Assembly (NCBI GenBank): GCA_963765125.1
Contig: CAVXUZ010000004.1
Coordinates: forward strand, 192,792-256,791
Direction: 5' to 3'
DNA length: 64,000 nucleotides
From: an uncultured candidate division WWE3 bacterium
Lineage (GTDB): Bacteria > Patescibacteriota > WWE3 > UBA101185 > UBA10185
Shown: positions 9,237 through 18,009 of the stretch, piece after piece
Numbering within the stretch: the stretch's first letter is position 1
Layout: each line of letters begins with the position of its first letter
Position numbers and translations under genes: made by a program
Notes under the pieces: model-generated
Told to the model about the DNA's origin: nothing
Database searches by the model: none
What the model saw: the letters and a program-made list of their open reading frames with translations, nothing else

Positions 9237-10625
9237 GTGTCAGCGCAGACCACTACTCAGACTACTTCAGGAAGTGCAGGAGGTACGGACAGCGATATAC
9301 CACTATACAATTTTGAAATGCAAAACCAAAATGCTATAAAGGAAAGCTACCCCCTTGTTTCTTACTTAAGAACAACAGTGGGTGTGGGTTCTGCAAATAT
9401 TGTAGGTGTGCCAAGCATGGCAATTACGGGACTGAGCGGTGATGAGCTAGGTGTATGCGCGGCTAACGTTATGTACGAAGAGCTGTCAAAGCTGCCTGGT
9501 GGGTTTAGTATTCTAACAAACTCTGTTTTTACTGAAGAAGTTCTGGCAAATGCAAGAGAGGCTGCTGAAAACATTGGGTGTGCAAATATAGGCGCGGACG
9601 GATTATTTGGTAGAAAGGGTGCTGGTAGTCTGATGGGTGTTTCCAGGCTTGTACTAAACTCTGCTATGTCCGATCCTATGCCAGTGAGACTTGCATACTA
9701 CACACACGATTTAGCCCAGAGAATACCAATTATTAAAAACACTACATACGCGCAAGAATCTAGGGCGTACGACACTTTTTATGGATCCTCTATAGCATTA
9801 AGCATCTGGAAAGTTTCTAGAAATATTGCTTATGCCATGATGGCAATATTTATGTTGATTATTGGAATTATGATAATTATGAGAAAAGAAATAGGTCGTT
9901 CTTACGTTACTGTACAGACTGCTATTCCTAGAGTAGTAATTAGTTTAATTTTAATTACGTTTAGCTATCCGATTGGTGCTGTGCTTGCTTCTATGATACC
10001 CTATCTCATTTTGACTGTGTTATTGCTTTTTTTCTCGGAGATGCTTTCACAGACAGGTAGCGGTTTAATGGACATCGCGGGAGGGTTTCAAGACGTAGCA
10101 GATTTTAGAATCTTATTAATATATGTTCTTACTCTTGTGATTACTTTTGGTGTTGGTGGTATATTTGCCATAGCCGCCGGCTTACTGTTACTGTTACTAA
10201 CCGTCATTGCACTATTGTCCGCTGGGATTAAGATGCTCCTAATTTACCTTAAACTAATTTTGGATATAGTTTTTGCACCAATACAATTTGCCGTCGCAGC
10301 GATACCTGGAAAAGATGACATTATAGCAAACTGGTTTAAGCGAATTGCGGCGAAAGTTGTAACAATTCCAGCTATAGCATTTTTTATTGTTTTAGCCTGG
10401 TTTATAATCAGAATGCCGCTTTCGGACCCAAATTTGTTTGGTGCCCTAGTTTCGGCGCCCGCTGCACCAGGGGTCGCAGGATTTGTAGGGTCTTTTGTAA
10501 GGATTGGTAATGCACTATTTTCTCTACTTATGTTGCCTTTTATGGCAATAATGACACTCTTCTTCTCCTTGCGAGTAGATAAAAAAATAGAAGAATTTAT
10601 TGTCGGCGCACCGAAGAAGAGGTAA
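9237..10625 (+). CDS. polytopic membrane protein (6+ TM), possibly VirB6/TrbL-like; start uncertain
   Basis: The track ORF 8913..10625 would overlap the divergent giant gene by 148 nt, so alternative in-frame starts are GTG 9237 or ATG 9318. However, a signal-anchor-like segment (IILSLILSIVVVVVAIVFSGRSLASP, about 9114-9190) has no canonical start codon in front of it. An N-terminal soluble domain is followed by more than 6 TM helices. Confidence 0.4.
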   Translation: MSAQTTTQTTSGSAGGTDSDIPLYNFEMQNQNAIKESYPLVSYLRTTVGVGSANIVGVPSMAITGLSGDELGVCAANVMYEELSKLPGGFSILTNSVFTEEVLANAREAAENIGCANIGADGLFGRKGAGSLMGVSRLVLNSAMSDPMPVRLAYYTHDLAQRIPIIKNTTYAQESRAYDTFYGSSIALSIWKVSRNIAYAMMAIFMLIIGIMIIMRKEIGRSYVTVQTAIPRVVISLILITFSYPIGAVLASMIPYLILTVLLLFFSEMLSQTGSGLMDIAGGFQDVADFRILLIYVLTLVITFGVGGIFAIAAGLLLLLLTVIALLSAGIKMLLIYLKLILDIVFAPIQFAVAAIPGKDDIIANWFKRIAAKVVTIPAIAFFIVLAWFIIRMPLSDPNLFGALVSAPAAPGVAGFVGSFVRIGNALFSLLMLPFMAIMTLFFSLRVDKKIEEFIVGAPKKR

Positions 10626-10639
10626 GAAAAATCGGGCGT

Positions 10640-13600
10640 ATGAAAAAAAGATTTAGTCCCTCAACAATTAAAATATTTTTTGTTGCGTTTATCGCAGCAG
10701 GCCTATTCGTAGCAGGTTCTATTGGAGGTGGAGGAAAACCTCTTCAATCACCAACCCAAAACACCAGTGGTGGGGGTTCTCAATCTACACAAGAAGAATC
10801 GCAAGAAGTAGCGGCCGAAGAAGAAGATGAATACATACGTGTGGGAAATGAAGTTTGTGAAATGAGGGGAGATGAGCTTGTAATAAAAGACACTTATTGC
10901 CCGTGTCCGACAGACCCAGCTCTAGCTTCAGTGTGTGGTTATGTAAGTAGCGCAAACATTTTAGGTGAGCAGATGGAAAATAGCGACAAGACTATTTACT
11001 CCACAAGAAAACCTATTTCTGACGCTACGGTTGCAATTTACGAAAACGATCCCTACGCACCGACAGGAAAGCCTTTTGGTAATTTAGAAAAGAAACTTGT
11101 TGAGTGTCAAACTTCAGAAAAAGAAGGTAAATACCATTGTTATATGAGAAGAATTACCCCAGGGACTGCAGCATATGTTATTTTTGCGTGTTCTGGGATG
11201 GTTGCAGACATCAAAATTATTAGCTCGGGTAGAAGTATTACAACGCTGGATTCAGATGTTGATTGTGGAGAAGATCAAAATCACACGCACCTTCCCGATA
11301 TTTTAGACTACGTAAACAGAGATCAGTTTTTAGGTTGTTTATCGTCTGAAGATAATGTGCCCAACAAAGCAGTTGGCTATGAAGACCAGCAGGAAATCTT
11401 TTTCTCCGCAAATATTGGTGAATTAGGCGATCAGGGTAACCACACAGGTGACATTAGATTTACACCATTTGAGGGTATTAGTGGGGGTGGGGGTGTGCAT
11501 CCTGGAGGTTTTGTAGAAAACGATTGTTTGATTGAAAGTTTTAAGGATCTTGAAAGAATATACATTAAAAATATTCCTAGTATTTTCGTGCCAACTGAAA
11601 TTACAACCAAATACTCCTCTATTTACCAAAAATGTAATTACAACCCCACGAGAGATAATTTGGTTGAGAATTCGGCGATGGTCGATACAGACGAAAGAAC
11701 AACACCCTTTAGATACGATATTCCAACATTTCTTTCTGAGAGCGTAACACAGCAAATAAGAGTTTGGGAGTCTAGAACCAGTTTACAAAGAGTAAATGAG
11801 TGGCCTTTCGGTCCTCAACAGTTTTTGCACGCTATGTTTGGTGAGTGTTCAATGATTACGCAGTCACGTTACTATGGAGATGACACCAACGCCCCGCCAG
11901 TTTCGTGCGAAGTGTTTAAACTATGCAATTCCGTCGGGTCAGATCCTTTTATAAACATTTCAACGGGAAATAGTTTAGGTGCGATGCTAGAAAATCCATC
12001 AACCTATTACGAAATGGCAAAGGTGCAAGAAAGAGATAAGAAAGACATCGTGTGCCTCGATAAAAAGGGAAATGAAATAGCACTAAAAGATATTCAACCC
12101 CCTTGGGATAACACGTGTGATCAAAATGGCGGTGGTTGCAGTTACAAATTAGGAAAAGAGTATTTTGCACCACAACTGCTTTTAGCCGCGCAGGGGGCTA
12201 GGGTTGATTACAAAACTGACACATTTAACGATGCTTATGGAATAGAGGTTGAGACTGGAAGAGAAAACATTTGGGAATTGGCAAAGACAGAGGCAAAATT
12301 TCCACATTCTACTGGAGACTATGTTAACTACGAAGTACCAGAAAAATCAAAAGAACAAAACTCAGCTGTATCTGCAATCAGAGTTGCCACCGATGGTTCT
12401 GCCTCGGGGCTAACTACTGTTCGCGGCGTACTCGCAAATAAACTTGTTTCACCTGTAGACGCACAAAGAGGAACATATCAATACACCTATGACCACACCG
12501 TATACGATGTAAACGGAAACGTGGAAAGTCTATGTACGATGTCTGCAATTAACGGCGGTCCGTACGCCGCCCCCATAGTTAGAAACAAGGATCAAGAGGC
12601 CGCACTTCTAATAAGCAATTTTTTTGTTGGTGATGCAGCAGACCATCGAGCAAGCGAGACCGCCGGTGTAGCCACATACGCAACAGAGTTTGGTAGAGCG
12701 CGTGACGTAGATATGCAACAAAGCTTTTTTTGGCGCGACACGTTTGATTCAGTTCAACGTTATAGAATTGGTAGTGGTGGGGGTGAAGGCACAATGCCTT
12801 TTGACGAAGCTTGGGACAAAATTTACGGATTTATTGGTCTTTTTTCTGCAAGCAGGGGCGTACCCTATAAATCATATGCGAATAGATCTGGTGAATGGAA
12901 TCCTGATACCCCGTCATACATGTTTGTTGACTACTGTATTGCTGAGGAGAATTTTAATGATTACTTTCCAGCATACGGACAGGCAGGCTATCCTGGTAGT
13001 TACGATGGGTGCTATGACTGGAACGAAGTGGCTCACGCCAAATACTGCAATAGTTGGCCCGGTGTTGAGGGGGATTGGCCTAACGGTTGTGGAGGTACGT
13101 CACTTCCAGCAGGCTACGAATGTCCTTTTGGCAACACTTGGCCGGGAATCGAAGGCGAGCTGAGAACTTGCAAACAGGAACCAGAAGATGAGTGTATGGT
13201 TATGTCGATGGAGATAAGGTGCAAGGAAAAGATTCCAGTAAACGGAATGCCGGGTGTTTACTACTGTGTAAACGACAAAACCGAGACCGTAAAAGATTAC
13301 AGATCTTGCACACCAGATGATAGAAAAGCTTGTTTAGAGTTACAGCAAGACGGGTATGATCATTGGAGGCTCCAAAATGAACTTGGGTACGGGTGGGATT
13401 ACTTATCAAAAGAGTTAGCAAAAAAAGGATTACCAAAAGCTCCAAAATACAAACCCGTAAAAGCAACGCTTTACGCCTGCAGTCTTAAAAAAGCAGGCCC
13501 AATGGTAGCCCCAGGAAAAATATTTAAAGATCACGCAGCACGAACAAGACAAGACGCTCTTCACGAAGAGCAAGTTAATGCCGATGCAATGCTTGACGTA

Positions 13601-14584
13601 ATGAATTACACGACACTGTCCATGTCTAGCCCGGTGGACGAAAGAAAGTATGGCGAGTTAGCAAACTTTTTAGACTACGCAGTAACTAATGATCTTGGCG
13701 ACGGCGCAGATGCAAGTACTGCAATTCAGGGCGGCGGTGCTGGCGCAGTACATAAATATACAGCAGGCGCGCAGGGTAGAGGCCTTGGTGTTGGCAACGT
13801 TGTAGAGCTTATAAAAACAGTATCGTTTCCAGAGAGACCCCAAGTTCCAACTGAGGACTATCCTGAGATAACCAGTGACAACGTTTTTTGTACTCTTAAT
13901 AAAGAGGAAACTAATTGGTGTCGCCTTATTCCTCCTCCAGAAGAAGAAATTGATCTAAAAACAATTACTGGTGGAGCTTGCAACCCTAATTTAAAAAGTG
14001 GTAATTGCAAAGTCAAGGGGGTTGGCGAGTTAGCTGGTAGAATACTTGGCGCAGCTGGTAAAAACGCAGGTGTTCCAGGCTCGCTACTGCTAGCTGCAAT
14101 CGTTGGTGAGGGAGGGTGGTTAGATCCCGCAACTGGTGGGGGTAGACTTCAGTGGGATGACGAAAGTGTTGCAAGATTTAGTGAACCTTGGTATGCAAGA
14201 ATGCCAAAATGCCAAGAAATGGTTTGGTCAGCACAAGGTCCATTTGGGCTACTCGACCACTGGTTTAGACTTGATGTTTGGGGAGATTCAACTTACTTTG
14301 GCAGGCCGACCATGTCGGGTGACCCACTAATCGATTCATCAGTGGGAGGAGGCTACCATCCTTTGAGAGTAAATAAAGAGGGTGGCATTGTTGCTAGTAA
14401 ATGTAATTTCATCGACGCAGCCTACGCAGCAGCTTGGGAAATGAAAAAAAATCCGAAGAAAGCTTGTGGCGCGTGGTCCAGAGCCGATATGGCAGATGGT
14501 TTAGCAATGTTTAGGGGCGGAGTTAATGGTAACGCCGCAGACGTGCCCGGATTTTTGTTAGACATTGCGATGGGGTGTAAATAA
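10640..14584 (+). CDS. giant (1314 aa) secreted Cys-rich protein; C-terminal region weakly resembles lytic transglycosylase (VirB1/SLT-like)
   Basis: Signal/TM N-terminus, a Gly/Ser/Glu-rich linker and many Cys. The C-terminus contains IVGEGGW...SAQGPFGLLDHWF, reminiscent of the SLT E...GLMQ motifs. This is weak, from memory only. Confidence 0.5.
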   Translation: MKKRFSPSTIKIFFVAFIAAGLFVAGSIGGGGKPLQSPTQNTSGGGSQSTQEESQEVAAEEEDEYIRVGNEVCEMRGDELVIKDTYCPCPTDPALASVCGYVSSANILGEQMENSDKTIYSTRKPISDATVAIYENDPYAPTGKPFGNLEKKLVECQTSEKEGKYHCYMRRITPGTAAYVIFACSGMVADIKIISSGRSITTLDSDVDCGEDQNHTHLPDILDYVNRDQFLGCLSSEDNVPNKAVGYEDQQEIFFSANIGELGDQGNHTGDIRFTPFEGISGGGGVHPGGFVENDCLIESFKDLERIYIKNIPSIFVPTEITTKYSSIYQKCNYNPTRDNLVENSAMVDTDERTTPFRYDIPTFLSESVTQQIRVWESRTSLQRVNEWPFGPQQFLHAMFGECSMITQSRYYGDDTNAPPVSCEVFKLCNSVGSDPFINISTGNSLGAMLENPSTYYEMAKVQERDKKDIVCLDKKGNEIALKDIQPPWDNTCDQNGGGCSYKLGKEYFAPQLLLAAQGARVDYKTDTFNDAYGIEVETGRENIWELAKTEAKFPHSTGDYVNYEVPEKSKEQNSAVSAIRVATDGSASGLTTVRGVLANKLVSPVDAQRGTYQYTYDHTVYDVNGNVESLCTMSAINGGPYAAPIVRNKDQEAALLISNFFVGDAADHRASETAGVATYATEFGRARDVDMQQSFFWRDTFDSVQRYRIGSGGGEGTMPFDEAWDKIYGFIGLFSASRGVPYKSYANRSGEWNPDTPSYMFVDYCIAEENFNDYFPAYGQAGYPGSYDGCYDWNEVAHAKYCNSWPGVEGDWPNGCGGTSLPAGYECPFGNTWPGIEGELRTCKQEPEDECMVMSMEIRCKEKIPVNGMPGVYYCVNDKTETVKDYRSCTPDDRKACLELQQDGYDHWRLQNELGYGWDYLSKELAKKGLPKAPKYKPVKATLYACSLKKAGPMVAPGKIFKDHAARTRQDALHEEQVNADAMLDVMNYTTLSMSSPVDERKYGELANFLDYAVTNDLGDGADASTAIQGGGAGAVHKYTAGAQGRGLGVGNVVELIKTVSFPERPQVPTEDYPEITSDNVFCTLNKEETNWCRLIPPPEEEIDLKTITGGACNPNLKSGNCKVKGVGELAGRILGAAGKNAGVPGSLLLAAIVGEGGWLDPATGGGRLQWDDESVARFSEPWYARMPKCQEMVWSAQGPFGLLDHWFRLDVWGDSTYFGRPTMSGDPLIDSSVGGGYHPLRVNKEGGIVASKCNFIDAAYAAAWEMKKNPKKACGAWSRADMADGLAMFRGGVNGNAADVPGFLLDIAMGCK

Positions 14585-14593
14585 AACTACAAT

Positions 14594-15058
14594 GTGTCCA
14601 TGCTTTTAGCAAAAAATAAAAAAGCTCTCTTCAACAACGAGATCATAGAAAAATATATCGCCGGAATTGTACTTACTGGCTATGAAGTTAAAGCTATTCG
14701 TGAGGGCAACGTAAATTTTGAAGGTGCTTACGTGACTATTCTTGATAGTGAGCCATACGTTGTAGGTTTGACGGTTGGTAAGTATTCAAAGCAAAGCCAA
14801 GATACTAGCGCTCAGGAGGCAAAGAAAAGTCGTAAGTTACTCTTAAAGTCCGCAGAGATCACAAAAATACAAAAAGAGCTGGCTGAAAAAGGTAAATCGG
14901 CAATCCCGCTGGCGTTAATACTGCAAAATAACTTAATCAAACTCGAACTCGCCACCGTAAAGGGTAGAAAAAAGCATGAGAAAAAACAGCTGTTAAAAGA
15001 TAGACAAGTCGTGATAGACCTTGCAAAATCAAGAAAAACTGAGGGTGTCTACTACTAA
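14594..15058 (+). CDS. smpB: SsrA-binding protein SmpB
   Basis: 154 aa with the SmpB pattern GIVLTGYEVKAIREGNVNFEGAYV...KSRKLLLKSAEITKIQ...IPLALILQNNLIKLELATVKGRKKHEKK. tmRNA follows immediately. Confidence 0.85.
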   Translation: MSMLLAKNKKALFNNEIIEKYIAGIVLTGYEVKAIREGNVNFEGAYVTILDSEPYVVGLTVGKYSKQSQDTSAQEAKKSRKLLLKSAEITKIQKELAEKGKSAIPLALILQNNLIKLELATVKGRKKHEKKQLLKDRQVVIDLAKSRKTEGVYY

Positions 15059-15115
15059 GCCTAATATACTATAGGGCAATAAATCACCAAATATGATAAA
15101 ATACACCTGCATCAT

Positions 15116-15519
15116 GGGGATGACCAGGATTTGATTGAGGGTAAAAACTATGAGAGCAAGCCGAAGTGATAGGATCTTCGAAAAAAATCTATCAAAAAAT
15201 AAGTGCTGATGAATTCGCATTCCAGCCAGCATACGCTTACGCTTAAGTAAGCATATGTGTCGGGGGACTTTAGGTAAATCCTAAATACTCTGAGGTTCTG
15301 CATTTACTCACCTGAAGGATTTGCAAGAGCATAATAAAATCAGGTTACAGAGCGTTTGTACGTTGACTACTACAGCGCTGTCACCGAAAGGAAATGTCTT
15401 AGGAAAAGATTAACGGTTTGTGAAACACCCTACTTTTCTGAATTAAGATTTCACTAAGCTTGTAAACTTTTGTAATTCGAGCTTTCAAGACGGGGGTTCG
15501 ATTCCCCCCATCTCCACCA
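15116..15519 (+). ncRNA. ssrA: tmRNA (ssrA)
   Basis: 5' GGGGAUGACCAGGAUUUGAUUGAGGG (compare E. coli GGGGCUGAUUCUGGAUUCGACGGG). 3' GACGGGGGTTCGATTCCCCCCATCTCCACCA gives a T-arm plus acceptor with a G3:U70 pair and encoded CCA. Internal tag ORF 15205..15243 (GCT GAT GAA TTC GCA TTC CAG CCA GCA TAC GCT TAC GCT TAA, ADEFAFQPAYAYA*). Sits directly downstream of smpB. Confidence 0.75.
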
Positions 15520-15528
15520 GAAAGCAGA

Positions 15529-15556
15529 AAAACACCTACAGAGGTGTTTTTTGTTT
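15529..15556 (+). terminator. rho-independent terminator after tmRNA
   Basis: ACACCTACAGAGGTGT hairpin followed by TTTTTTGTTTTC. Confidence 0.5.
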
Positions 15557-15661
15557 TCTTATGGAAAGGAATCGAAAGCCGCAGGCACGACGGTGCCGAG
15601 GCGGGGTCGACGGGCGAGCCAGCAGGCGAGAACCGGTGACCGATTCCCCCCATCTCCACCA
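15557..15661 (+). repeat. tmRNA-associated 3'-end-duplicating element
   Basis: Contains antisense T-loop segment GGAATCG (15568-15574), GC-rich core GGGGTCGACGGGCGAGCCAGCAGGCGAGAACCGGTGACC, then an exact 21-nt copy (15641-15661) of the tmRNA 3' end CGATTCCCCCCATCTCCACCA (original at 15499-15519). Confidence 0.45.
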
Positions 15662-15812
15662 AGGAAAAAAGGCGAGTGCTAGCAAAGTACGCGCCTTTTT
15701 TTCTTTATGACTGGGAGAGTTAAATCTCATACGCCGTCACAGTCCGTTAGCACTCTTGTTTTAATAGCCCCCTACTTATTTAATAACTAACAGCGCGCAA
15801 ATAAAATAATTT

Positions 15813-15908
15813 TGGTGGTGGAGGATATCGCCTGTCGGTACAGAATCTTGTTTGATAAGCAGAGAGTCGGAAACGATTGAGGTTCAACTCCTTTATCCTC
15901 CGCCACCA
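15813..15908 (+). other. 96-nt long hairpin with tRNA-like T-loop and CCA end (pseudo-tRNA or related 3'-end element)
   Basis: 15-bp terminal stem TGGTGGTGGAGGATA/TATCCTCCGCCACCA with one G-U pair. Interior has a TCG-GAAA-CGA tetraloop hairpin and a T-arm-like GAGG-TTCAACT-CCTT. The 3' end resembles the tRNA-Ser 3' ends in this window. No acceptable anticodon arm could be folded. Confidence 0.3.
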
Positions 15909-16227
15909 TTAAGAAATAAGCGATTAAAATTTACTTGCAAAAATATTTTTGTTAGAATTGCGGTAGCTTATCAAACAGAGTGAGCGAAAGCTCCAGTATT
16001 TGTAGAAAACCCTTCGAGAGAGGGGTTTTCTCGTTTACGTTGATGTATTTCACAATAACCTACAGCAGCTTACTAAAGTAATAACTGGCGCGCATTGTTA
16101 ACCAATAACCTTCCAATTTCCACTAAAGTATTATTTATTTTGGAGTTTTTGTATTTCTTGTTTAAGGCGTGCCATCTCTAACTCTCTATCTACCATAAAC
16201 ATTTCTAAGTTTGTTGATAATTTAGCC

Positions 16228-16671
16228 GTGCCCTTGCAATTAGTAGCAAACAGAAATAAATCAAAAGTTGTTATTGAGTCTGTAGATCAAAATATAGAAA
16301 TTACAACAGACCAAGAAAAAATATCAGAAGTAATTTATAACCTCGTAGACAACGCAGTAAAGTATGGAAAAGAGGAACAGACCATTACTGTAAGTGTTAC
16401 ATCTGATGCAAATCAAAACGTAACATTTTCAGTTAGAGACCAGGGTAAAGGCATAACAGATGATAAAATCTCTAAGTTATTTGGAAAATTTTCACAACTA
16501 GAACCCTCGCTAAGAAGATCGCAGGATGGGACAGGTCTCGGCCTTTACATATGTAAATTAATAGTTGAAAAGTTAGGAGGAAAAATAGATGTTGAAAGTG
16601 AAATAGGCAGAGGATCGAGATTTTTCTTCACACTTCCCCGCGAATTTTCAGGCGACGAAGCAACGTTATAG
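16228..16671 (+). pseudogene. histidine kinase C-terminal HATPase_c fragment (no HisKA/sensor; GTG start)
   Basis: 147 aa with the N-box NLVDNAVKYG and G-boxes DQGKGI and GTGLGLYICKLIVEKLGG. The upstream in-frame region is open for only 42 codons from a TAA, with no Met and no HisKA domain. Confidence 0.55.
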
Positions 16672-16714
16672 GTCATTACATCTGTAGGTTAATGTTGCTG
16701 TGGTGACGCGCGGC

Positions 16715-16743
16715 TTGACCTAGTAGCAACTATAGGGTATAAT
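16715..16743 (+). promoter_or_regulatory. strong sigma70-like promoter
   Basis: TTGACC (16715-16720), 17-nt spacer, TATAAT (16738-16743). An AGGAGG-like RBS precedes the ATG at 16786. Confidence 0.5.
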
Positions 16744-16785
16744 TCCAATTAGCTTTTTACTATTCAAAAAAAACCACATATACAA

Positions 16786-17067
16786 ATGGAGGAAGAGATG
16801 AAAACAATCTGGACTAAAGTAGAGCCAGGAGCACAAGCGGCGATTGGTTTTTTAGCGGCGTACGTGCTTATGGTAGTCTATTCGGTGCTGACTAAAAACG
16901 TCGTCACCGGTGGGAATTTAGTGATTATGGTTCTAGGCGGTCTTGTCGCCGGATTGATCTATAATAATAGGTCAACACGAACAATCTTCTGGTGCCTCTT
17001 TGGCTCCTTAATGTTTGGCATAATAAGTGCACTCGCAGAGGCAGGTGGTATAGGATCTTTGTTTTAG
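16786..17067 (+). CDS. small membrane protein (3 TM), hypothetical
   Basis: 93 aa, hydrophobic, with good promoter and RBS. Confidence 0.4.
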   Translation: MEEEMKTIWTKVEPGAQAAIGFLAAYVLMVVYSVLTKNVVTGGNLVIMVLGGLVAGLIYNNRSTRTIFWCLFGSLMFGIISALAEAGGIGSLF

Positions 17068-17075
17068 TACCACAA

Positions 17076-17125
17076 AAAAGCCGTGAGCTTGGAATACAAT
17101 TCCCATCTCACGGCTTTATCTTTTT
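17076..17125. terminator. bidirectional terminator between convergent genes
   Basis: AAAAAGCCGTGAG...CTCACGGCTTT hairpin flanked by an A-run and a T-run. Confidence 0.5.
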
Positions 17126-17132
17126 CACATAA

Positions 17133-17957
17133 CTAATTTTTATTTACAGCTACTAAAGAAGCCTCGTCCTCGTAAATATAAAATACTTCAAACCCATTTT
17201 TTTCTAAAAACTTTCTCATCGTTTTATCGTTGTCTTTTTCAATTTCATGGCATTCGATCACAATGTATTTAATCCCTTTTAAAATAGTTTTATTAAGATT
17301 AAAAAGCACATTGTACTCTGCACCCTCAACGTCAATTTTCAATAAATCGATACTTTTCAATCCTGATACCCTCATGATTGTTTGAAGAGACAGACACTCA
17401 ACGTCGTAGCTCTCGTTATTTTGCTTACTGGCGCGCTTTTCGTAAAGTGTGTGCCCTGCTGTGAAGCCGTTTGTCTTATAGAATGTTTTAGTACAATCTT
17501 TTTCCCAAACTGCATTTTTTAAAACTTTAATATTTTTTGAAAGAGAGTTTAGTTGAATGTTCTTTTTAAAGTGTTTGTAATTATCTGCCTCTGGTTCAAG
17601 AGCAACTACTTTTATATTAGAAACCAATTTTGTATAGAGTAAAGAGACGTAACCTTTATGTCCTCCGAGGTCGACCATTGTTTTAATTCTTCTCAGCTGT
17701 ATGTATTTATTGTTGTAGTACTTATCGCAAAACACCTCTCTAATTATTTGTTTATCTCCCCAACCGTTAGTTACAGAAATCTTTAGCCCGTGTACTTTTA
17801 AAACTTGCCCCTCTTTACCTAGTTTAAATATTGTTGGTAAAAGTAATTTTATGTAGCACTGAATATTGAGAAAGCATTTAAGCTCTCTAATCACCAAACC
17901 AATGTTTCTTGAAATGTTATTTTTTCTCATAGACGCGAAGCTACCATTATAGCTCAT
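17133..17957 (-). CDS. FkbM-family SAM-dependent methyltransferase
   Basis: 274 aa with VDLGGHKG (SAM-binding glycine loop) and KIDVEGAEYNVL (FkbM motif). Confidence 0.7.
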   Translation of the reverse strand: MSYNGSFASMRKNNISRNIGLVIRELKCFLNIQCYIKLLLPTIFKLGKEGQVLKVHGLKISVTNGWGDKQIIREVFCDKYYNNKYIQLRRIKTMVDLGGHKGYVSLLYTKLVSNIKVVALEPEADNYKHFKKNIQLNSLSKNIKVLKNAVWEKDCTKTFYKTNGFTAGHTLYEKRASKQNNESYDVECLSLQTIMRVSGLKSIDLLKIDVEGAEYNVLFNLNKTILKGIKYIVIECHEIEKDNDKTMRKFLEKNGFEVFYIYEDEASLVAVNKN

Positions 17958-18009
17958 CTATTTAAAAATTGTGATAGTTTGAAGTTTCTAGCTAGATTAT
18001 ACTTATCCT

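Noticed and set aside
15399-15730. Minus-strand ORFs across the tmRNA/tRNA-adjacent elements (15399-15662, 15536-15730, 21945-22211, 21989-22198, 24623-24886, 24691-24873, 30822-31193, 30920-31138, 19725-19907) that share peptide motifs such as SPVDP.SAP
   Set aside because: They overlap tRNA/tmRNA genes and their structured 3' elements. The shared 'protein' motifs are just translations of the conserved nucleotide core (GGTCACCGGTTCGCATCTGCTGATGCGCC...), with no RBS or coding periodicity.
15813-15908. SRP (4.5S) RNA interpretation of the long hairpin
   Set aside because: The AGCAG motif lies on the 5' side of the GAAA tetraloop rather than the 3' side, and the terminal stem pairs a CCA-like end. 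Neither orientation fits the bacterial small-SRP domain IV consensus.
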